From an uncultured bacterium (lineage in GTDB: Bacteria; UBP6; UBA1177), in assembly GCA_905235605.1 (NCBI GenBank), contig CAJOMF010000014.1, positions 4,662-68,661 of the forward strand: a DNA stretch of 64,000 nt, in the 5' to 3' direction. The position numbers and the translations under genes are program-made. This document shows positions 57,130 through 63,219 of this stretch, in pieces. Positions within the stretch are counted from its first letter, which is position 1. The number at the start of each line of letters is the position of its first letter. Under the pieces are notes generated by a model. That model worked only from the letters and a program-made list of their open reading frames with translations, did not search any database and had not been told where the DNA came from.

Positions 57130-58389
57130 TCAGACCTCATTGTTTTCAGTTTTTGCAAATTTTTTATTAATTTCAGGATCGTTGATTTGGAGGGCATAAT
57201 CTTTGGCGGTTTTGTTTTCGTAACGACTGTGAATATTTAAGTCTGTTTTATCAACAAGATAGTTTGCAACATCAGAACACTTTCTAATGCAAGCTTTTAT
57301 TAAAGGCGTAAAACCGTTGGAATCCTGTTGGTTGCAGCAAGCTCCCTGTTCAACAAGATATTTTACTATCTCAAGTTCTCCATGCCATGCAGCGATCATC
57401 AAAGCAGTGTTTCCGTAATTATCGCCTTGCGAACCTTTGTCTATGTCAGCCCCGTTTTGCAATAGGATTTTTATAAATTCTAAATTTTTTATTTGAACCG
57501 CATGGCTAATTGGTGGAAGTCTGTATTTTGCATCGTCGCATTTATTTATATCTGTTCCCGGCAGGGAAATAAGGTATTCGAGCATTTTTTTGTCTCTATT
57601 TCTGATTGCTTGAATGCAAGGGGTATATCCCGTTTTGGGGTCAGTATGATTTATGTCGGGATTTCCCTTTTTTACTTTCTCTGCATCCAAAATATTTCCG
57701 TTTTTAACAGCATTGTAAAAATTGCCGGTGTCTCTGGGGCTAAAATCTTCATCCGATAGAGAGAATTCTCTTTCGTAATCCTCAAGATTTAACACTTTGA
57801 AATTTAGAGTTGATGCAGCTTTCAAAGGGAAATAAACATCTTCAGCAAGAAGAAAAACGGTTAGTGATGAGTCTTTTTTGGCTTCACGCAGAGCAGCATT
57901 TATGATTTTATTGTCGTTGAAATTCTCATTTTTATTAACAACATCTTCGAGAACTAAAAATCTTTTTTCATCTTTTTTCTGCAAATCAACAAAAGACTTC
58001 ATAGCTAGCCAAGCCTGTTGCTTTCGTTTTCCACGATCTTTTTGGTAATTCATTTCATCAAGAACTGTTTCGGTAATGCAGATATAGTTAATGGCTTTTT
58101 TTCCATTCATTTCTTCCAAAATTCTTGGTCTGCGGCACAATATGGATGAATCCACGATCAGCATGATTTTTTTTGATTTTTTCAATCCTAACAATTCGTC
58201 AATGCTCACACAAAATGTTTGAGCTATTTGAATTAGCTGGTCGGTTGTCGGAAGACTTTTCGCTTGTTCCCAATTCGACACTGTAGGTCTTGAAACATTG
58301 AGCTTGTTTGCAAACTCTTCTTGTTTTAGCCCTTTGGAATTTCTTAACTCTTCAATGTTTTTAGCAATTTCGTCTTTTGAGTAATTCAT
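57130..58389 (-). CDS. XRE-family HTH + PIN-like domain + ankyrin-repeat protein
   Basis: HTH_XRE (LKQEEFANKLNVSRPTVSNWEQ). PIN-like acidic motifs (KIMLIVDSSIL…ITETVLDEM). At least two ankyrin repeats (GNTALMIAAWHGELEIVKYLVEQGA…). AGGAG RBS. Confidence 0.6.
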   Translation of the reverse strand: MNYSKDEIAKNIEELRNSKGLKQEEFANKLNVSRPTVSNWEQAKSLPTTDQLIQIAQTFCVSIDELLGLKKSKKIMLIVDSSILCRRPRILEEMNGKKAINYICITETVLDEMNYQKDRGKRKQQAWLAMKSFVDLQKKDEKRFLVLEDVVNKNENFNDNKIINAALREAKKDSSLTVFLLAEDVYFPLKAASTLNFKVLNLEDYEREFSLSDEDFSPRDTGNFYNAVKNGNILDAEKVKKGNPDINHTDPKTGYTPCIQAIRNRDKKMLEYLISLPGTDINKCDDAKYRLPPISHAVQIKNLEFIKILLQNGADIDKGSQGDNYGNTALMIAAWHGELEIVKYLVEQGACCNQQDSNGFTPLIKACIRKCSDVANYLVDKTDLNIHSRYENKTAKDYALQINDPEINKKFAKTENNEV

Positions 58390-58590
58390 TTTTTTCTCCT
58401 TTCAAGTGGTTCTGTTTCTCAAAAAAACAATCAACGAAAAGTATTTTAAGCAAGAATTTTTAATGTCAATATCAATTACTTGTATTTTGACCAATGTTAA
58501 ATCTTCTTACATTTGTAAAAAATCCTGACATCGCAATAAATAGAACAATGTATCCTTTTTTCACTTATCAAAGAACCTTTCTGCTCTACC

Positions 58591-58624
58591 TATAAGCGTC
58601 AAAAACTTTCTGAGTTGACAAATA
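58591..58624. promoter_or_regulatory. Island-specific conserved motif, copy 5
   Basis: TATAAGCGTCAAAAACTTTCTGAGTTGACAAATA, about 200 nt 5' of the XRE-PIN-ANK gene. Confidence 0.45.
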
Positions 58625-58695
58625 AGAGAGATTTTTTGAGAAAAAATTTAGCTGATGAAGGAAAAGATCAATATATTAAGTGGTTTGCTTTGAGC

Positions 58696-59553
58696 TTAGT
58701 ACAACTTTTCCTTGTGTTCCAATTCGAGTTTTTTATCGTCGATGGAAGCCTTGAGGATTTCGTAGTATTTCTGGCGTGTAAATATGTTTGCTTTGTATTG
58801 TGCGTGCTGTTTGCCGTCCAGTTTGCTCTCAACTGCATGCCGTTTCAGAATCTCTTCGACAAAACGGTTCGGGATCGCGTAGTCGATAAGCAGACAGTCG
58901 ATGAGATCGACTTTGCTCCTGCCGTTCAGGAAAGCGCAGGTTTTGAGAACATGGACGATTCTTTTCCAGCGGGAGTCACTTACATAGAACTCGAAGCACT
59001 TTCTTCTGATTTCTGAAATGACACTTTTGGCTTCTTCGCTCAGTTCGACCCTGTCGATTACCGGCTGCCACTCTTTTACTTCCTTTATTGTAAGCAGTGC
59101 GGCTTTTTGTTCTTTATCGGGATGCGGGATTGTCTCGAAGCTGGGACTGTTTACGAAGTTAAAAAAATTGTCGTCATCCGCAATCGGTTTTACCTCGACA
59201 GTAATGACCCAATCTTCATTATTTTCCGCAGCTTTATAGGGATCTGCTTCCGACGAGTTTTCCATACGGAATAAAGAATCAATGCCGTATTCTGACGACC
59301 GGGGGGCAAACTGATCATGGCTGTAATAATCTTTAAACGCACTTTGGATAGAGAACTGAATAAGTTTTTTGTCGTTGTCGGATCTTCCGGAAAGAATAAT
59401 GTCTTCCGCAGCAACAGCCGAAAGCAGCGAAAGGTTGATTACTTCCTCTCTGCCTCGCAGATTACGGTTTAAAAAGGCAAGAACAGTTTCAATACGGTCA
59501 CGCATTTCCTTGCCGGAAAAAATCTTTTTTTCTCCCGAATTGTTGTCGCTCAT
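58696..59553 (-). CDS. Hypothetical protein (island edge, adjacent to tRNA-Leu)
   Basis: ATG 59553 after GAGG. No recognisable family. A partial motif-like TTTTTGACAATTTT lies at 59603-59616 upstream. Confidence 0.4.
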   Translation of the reverse strand: MSDNNSGEKKIFSGKEMRDRIETVLAFLNRNLRGREEVINLSLLSAVAAEDIILSGRSDNDKKLIQFSIQSAFKDYYSHDQFAPRSSEYGIDSLFRMENSSEADPYKAAENNEDWVITVEVKPIADDDNFFNFVNSPSFETIPHPDKEQKAALLTIKEVKEWQPVIDRVELSEEAKSVISEIRRKCFEFYVSDSRWKRIVHVLKTCAFLNGRSKVDLIDCLLIDYAIPNRFVEEILKRHAVESKLDGKQHAQYKANIFTRQKYYEILKASIDDKKLELEHKEKLY

Positions 59554-59680
59554 CTTCAACCTCGTAAAAAGTGATTAAAAAACTGCGTAATTTTAAAGAA
59601 GAAGAGATTTTTGACAATTTTTTGCGGGAAACGGTTTTTCAGCTTTTCTATTTGCTGCAAAGCTTGGATTGTTCTAAAAA

Positions 59681-59768
59681 TGGTGCCGGAGACCGGGCTC
59701 GAACCGGTACAGGAGGTTATCCCGAGGGATTTTAAGTCCCTTGCGTCTACCAATTCCGCCACTCCGGC
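59681..59768 (-). tRNA. tRNA-Leu (anticodon UAA), CCA encoded
   Basis: Minus-strand read: GCCGGAGTGGCGGAATTGGTAGACGC…AGGGACTTAAAATCCCT…GGTTCGAGCCCGGTCTCCGGCACCA. Long variable arm. Anticodon loop CTTAAAA. Confidence 0.85.
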
Positions 59769-59785
59769 GGTTATAAGTTTGAAAA

Positions 59786-59859
59786 TGGAGGCACCTTCCG
59801 GATTCGAACCGGAGATGGAGATTTTGCAGACCTCTGCCTTACCTCTTGGCTAAGGTGCC
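59786..59859 (-). tRNA. tRNA-Cys (anticodon GCA), CCA encoded
   Basis: GGCACCTTAGCCAAGAGGTAAGGCAGAGGTCTGCAAAATCTCC…GGTTCGAATCCGGAAGGTGCCTCCA. Anticodon loop CTGCAAA. Confidence 0.85.
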
Positions 59860-59897
59860 GACCAAAAAGAATTTCGATTGAAAAAGGACATAAAAAA

Positions 59898-59973
59898 ATG
59901 GAGCGGGAAACGGGATTCGGACCCGCGACGTCTACCTTGGCAAGGTAGCACTCTACCACTGAGTTATTCCCGC
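59898..59973 (-). tRNA. tRNA-Gly (anticodon GCC), CCA encoded
   Basis: GCGGGAATAACTCAGTGGTAGAGTGCTACCTTGCCAAGGTAGACGTCGCGGGTCCGAATCCCGTTTCCCGCTCCA. Anticodon loop TTGCCAA. Confidence 0.85.
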
Positions 59974-60074
59974 TCTGGCAGGCGACAAGATAGTCAGAAA
60001 CTTTTGAATGTCAAGTTTTTTTTGCAGGTTTTTGAAAAAATCTGCTTTTTCCTGCGCGCTCCCGCCTTGTATCT

Positions 60075-60170
60075 GAGAAAATTTTGCGGAAAGTGCGTTT
60101 TTTGGCGAAAAAAATTTTGCGAAAAGTGCAGTTTTGAGCAAAAAAAATTTTGCGATTCCTGCAAAGCCAT
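60075..60170. repeat. Three tandem imperfect copies of AAAATTTTGCG(G/A)AAAGTGC(A)GTTTT; a related copy at 59619-59645 and a 45-bp near-duplicate at 63074-63118
   Basis: Direct comparison: 60117-60160 ttttgcgaaaagtgcagttttgagcaaaaaaaattttgcgattc versus 63074-63118 ttttgcggaaagcgcagttttgagcaaaaaaattttgcgattc. Confidence 0.55.
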
Positions 60171-60411
60171 TAAAATCATTATTCTTTTTAGTTGTCCGGT
60201 TACAAAACTCATAAGTCGCTGGATTTATTCTGTGAAAAGTTTTCTTCGCGAATCGGAGAAAAAATTCTGCTTTACACTAAAGATTATCAGAAAGACGGCG
60301 AAGTTCAGTGCATTCCCGCTTATTTCACATGGCTTTTGTGATTTTTTTGCCAAAACAAAGAATTTTTATAAAATACTGCGGTTTAAAAATCGAGGCTCTC
60401 CGAGGTCGCAA

Positions 60412-61449
60412 ATGAGGAAAATCACGACGCTTTTTGCTCTGGCAATTTTGGTGTTTTTTATTCTGATGACCGGTTGCAGTAAGTTTCCGGAATGCAGCCC
60501 GACAAGCAAAACTCCGTGCAAAGATTCATCAACCGGTCTTATCTGGTCATCAAAATCACACGGCATAATGTATGATTCTGATGCCAAATATTATTGCAGC
60601 CACCTTCAGGAAGGCGGTTATTCCGACTGGCGTCTGCCGTTGATTGATGAACTCAGAACATTGATAGAAAATTGCCGGAAAACGGAAACTGGCGGGGAAT
60701 GCAGAGCTTCCGAGGAGTGTCGCGATAGCTGTTGCGAAAATGATGCCTGTGCGGGATGTCCTTTCAATTCAAGCGGTTATTACAGCAAGTTAGGTGACAG
60801 CGAAACACTTTGGTCTTATTCCTGGCCTACTGACGGTGGGGCAGATTGCAGCTGGTCTGTAAATTTCAGCGAAGGCGCGGTTCACATTGACAACGAATAC
60901 CTTTACACCCGCTGTGTAAGGGGTGCTTCCCAAGATGATGAAGAAGGAGACGGGGAAGATGAAGAGGATGAAGAAGACGAGGAAGAAGAGGAAGAAGAAA
61001 ACGGCAACCGTTTAAACGGTGCGTGTTTCAAAGTTGACGGCAGAGAGTGGTCGAATCTTTCTTCCATAAAATTTATCTGGTCTGATGCAGTGAAGTACTG
61101 CGACAAGTTGAATCAATGCGGACATTCCGACTGGCATCTGCCCACAATCAGCGAGCTCCGTACTTTGATTCAAAACAATCCGGGAACAGAATCCGGCGGA
61201 ACATGCGGTGTTACCGACACTTGTCTTAGTGATGAGGATTGTTATGATTTAGACAATTGCTGGTCTGTGGGGCTTTATGGTGACGGCCCATACAGCAAAC
61301 TCGGTGACGAGGAGTGGTTCTGGTCTTCTTCTGATTTGTCCGATGAGCCGGACTATGCGTGGGGCGTTGATTTTTACGACGGCACTATCAGTGAGTATGA
61401 GAAAAATGTTTACGATTCCGAGGGATGCAATGTCCGTTGCGTGAGGTGA
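60412..61449 (+). CDS. Lipoprotein with two DUF1566 / Fib_succ_major domains and an acidic (DEEDEEEEE) linker
   Basis: Start MRKITTLF (ATG 60412). The ORF track's upstream extension overlaps the tRNAs and is spurious. Lipobox LMTGCS. YCSHLQEGGYSDWRLPLIDELRTL and YCDKLNQCGHSDWHLPTISELRTL. Confidence 0.7.
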   Translation: MRKITTLFALAILVFFILMTGCSKFPECSPTSKTPCKDSSTGLIWSSKSHGIMYDSDAKYYCSHLQEGGYSDWRLPLIDELRTLIENCRKTETGGECRASEECRDSCCENDACAGCPFNSSGYYSKLGDSETLWSYSWPTDGGADCSWSVNFSEGAVHIDNEYLYTRCVRGASQDDEEGDGEDEEDEEDEEEEEEENGNRLNGACFKVDGREWSNLSSIKFIWSDAVKYCDKLNQCGHSDWHLPTISELRTLIQNNPGTESGGTCGVTDTCLSDEDCYDLDNCWSVGLYGDGPYSKLGDEEWFWSSSDLSDEPDYAWGVDFYDGTISEYEKNVYDSEGCNVRCVR

Positions 61450-61565
61450 CTACTTTTTGCAGGCTTCGTAGATACAGTTTTTCGATTTATATCTTGGCAA
61501 ACATTTTTCGTAAAGTACGGTTTTTCTGTTTGTGAAAGCAGTCTTGCAGACAATCAAAAAAGCGC

Positions 61566-62918
61566 CTACTTTTTAGACGCGATTTTTGTCTCAAAAATCC
61601 ATTTTTTCAGCAAAAAGGCACAGAAATGAGGGAAGGTGTAGAATTTTCCGTTGAATCCGATGTTTCCGCCGCAGAATTTTATGCCGTATTTTATGTCGTG
61701 ATACTTTTCTTTTTCAATGAGTTTGTTGAGCGAAGCGGTCGCGCTGTCCTGCGCTTTGACTTCGACCGGAACAAGGGAATCGGCATCGCGCACGAAGAAA
61801 TCCATCTCGACAGTCGATTTTTCGTCTTTGTAGTAAAAAAGTTCGTATCCCTGCTTTACGAGCATGTCGCCGATGACATTTTCATAAACTGCACCTTTAT
61901 AGATATTGAAATTTTTGTTCCGGCGCAGATCCTCCTGGGCTTCCTCGTCAAGAGATGCGATCAAAAGCCCCGTGTCACGGAAATAAATTTTGAAATCGTT
62001 TGCCTTATAGTTGCCTTTCAGCGGCAGTTCCGGTGTTTCAAGACAGTGGCAGACATTGATTATTCCGGCATCTCGGAGCCATTCGACCGTTCCGGCATAC
62101 TCGCGGTTTCTTGCTCCCGTTGCGATTTTCGACACCTGATATTTTTTGTTCTCTTTTGCTAGAAAAACAGATATGTTGTCGTAAACATTGGTGATTTTTC
62201 CTTTGTCAAGACCTGCTGCATATTTTGTTATATCCTCTTTGTAGGCGGCAAGTATCTGCCTTTGCGCATCTAAAGTTCCCGAAAAGTTTTTCTGCTCCGC
62301 AAACATCCTGACAACCGCCGGCATACCTCCGAGAGTCATATATTCAGTAAAGTTTTCCTGCCACACCGCGTATTCGTTCTGATTGAAAGGCTCAATATTT
62401 TTCATGTGTTGGAAAATCGTTGCAATCTGATCTTTTCCGAAGCCTTTCGCCCAAAGAAATTCCTCGAAATCGAGAGAATGCATCTCTAAATCCTTTTTGT
62501 AGCCGACACTGACGGAAGTCACTTCATTGTAGTTTATTCCGAGCATTGATCCCGAGCAGATCACGTCATAACGCCCGTCGATCTTAAAGAATTTCAGACA
62601 TGTCGCACAGTCTGGGCAGGCCTGCATCTCGTCGAAAAAAATCAAAGTCTCTTTCGGAACGAATTTGAAAGAAGGGTTAATGAAGCTTATCTCCTTTATG
62701 ACCGAATCGGGCGAATAGCCGCCCGCAAAAATATTTTTGTACTTCGGCTCCTCGATAAAATTTATCTCGACAAAGTATTTATAAGTTTCGGCAAAACGTC
62801 TGATCGAGAAAGTTTTTCCTACCTGACGCGCTCCCTTTACAATAAGCGGAAGCCTTTCCGGATTCTTTTTCCACTCAAGAAGAAAATCATCAATTTTTCT
62901 ATGAAGTATTTCGGGCAT
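61566..62918 (-). CDS. AAA_14 + DUF4143 family ATPase (second copy)
   Basis: Walker A GARQVGKTF. Same architecture and length class as the 38269-39627 gene. Confidence 0.65.
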   Translation of the reverse strand: MPEILHRKIDDFLLEWKKNPERLPLIVKGARQVGKTFSIRRFAETYKYFVEINFIEEPKYKNIFAGGYSPDSVIKEISFINPSFKFVPKETLIFFDEMQACPDCATCLKFFKIDGRYDVICSGSMLGINYNEVTSVSVGYKKDLEMHSLDFEEFLWAKGFGKDQIATIFQHMKNIEPFNQNEYAVWQENFTEYMTLGGMPAVVRMFAEQKNFSGTLDAQRQILAAYKEDITKYAAGLDKGKITNVYDNISVFLAKENKKYQVSKIATGARNREYAGTVEWLRDAGIINVCHCLETPELPLKGNYKANDFKIYFRDTGLLIASLDEEAQEDLRRNKNFNIYKGAVYENVIGDMLVKQGYELFYYKDEKSTVEMDFFVRDADSLVPVEVKAQDSATASLNKLIEKEKYHDIKYGIKFCGGNIGFNGKFYTFPHFCAFLLKKWIFETKIASKK

Positions 62919-62930
62919 TTATGCAACTCC

Positions 62931-63054
62931 ATCACAAAATTCCGGTGTATTTTGCCACAATTTTTCACAAAATTCCAGTTGTTTTTTGCTGTTTTTTCAC
63001 AAAATTCCGGATGTTTCAGTGATATTTTTCACAAAAATCTGATTTTAGGACTGT
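62931..63054. repeat. Four direct repeats TCACAAAATTCC(G/A)G at about 33-bp spacing upstream of the second DUF4143 ATPase
   Basis: Copies at 62931, 62963, 62997 and 63038. The proximal copy is about 15 nt from the ATG, mirroring the 39643-39728 arrangement. Confidence 0.55.
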
Positions 63055-63070
63055 AAAAAAGGACTAACAG

Positions 63071-63120
63071 ACAAACATTTTGCGGAAAGCGCAGTTTTGA
63101 GCAAAAAAATTTTGCGATTC
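63071..63120. repeat. Distal copy of the TTTTGCGGAAAGCGCAGTTTTGAGCAAAAAAATTTTGCGATTC element (direct repeat of 60117-60160)
   Basis: Near-identical 45-mer in the same orientation. Brackets the 60.4-62.9 kb two-gene segment. Confidence 0.5.
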
Positions 63121-63132
63121 TAAAAGGATTTT

Positions 63133-63200
63133 CTTGACACGGCATTCTTTATGATTAGATAAATGACAAGATATTTGACAAGATAAATGACAAGATAAAT
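63133..63200 (+). promoter_or_regulatory. Promoter TTGACA-N16-TAGATA followed by 3.6 tandem copies of a 12-bp repeat GATA(A/T)(A/T)TGACAA in the 5' leader
   Basis: TTGACA 63133-63138. TAGATA 63155-63160. Repeats at 63157-63200. RBS AAGAGGT. ATG 63220. Confidence 0.45.
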
Positions 63201-63219
63201 TAAAAGAGGTCTTGAAAGT

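Noticed and set aside
46171-58620. Reading the GTTGACAA half of the island motif as a plus-strand TTGACA -35 box
   Set aside because: Plus-strand transcription from these sites would run antisense into the 3' ends of neighbouring minus-strand genes. Downstream -10 candidates at 17 bp are poor in four of five copies. The motif's fixed position 5' of minus-strand starts fits an operator or alternative promoter for those genes better.
58615-59016. Plus-strand ORF 58615-59016
   Set aside because: Antisense to the minus-strand gene 58696-59553. It begins inside island motif copy 5 and has no RBS.
44650-59680. Integrated prophage or ICE
   Set aside because: No integrase, recombinase, capsid, terminase or conjugation genes are recognisable anywhere in the island. 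No repeat of the tRNA-Leu 3' end was found at the distal boundary, so it is described only as an accessory island.
59878-60411. 5' extension of track ORF 59878-61449 (MKKDIKKWSGKRDSDPRR…)
   Set aside because: The extension overlaps tRNA-Gly and the repeat region and has no signal peptide. The real start is MRKITTLF at 60412, with a lipobox immediately after.
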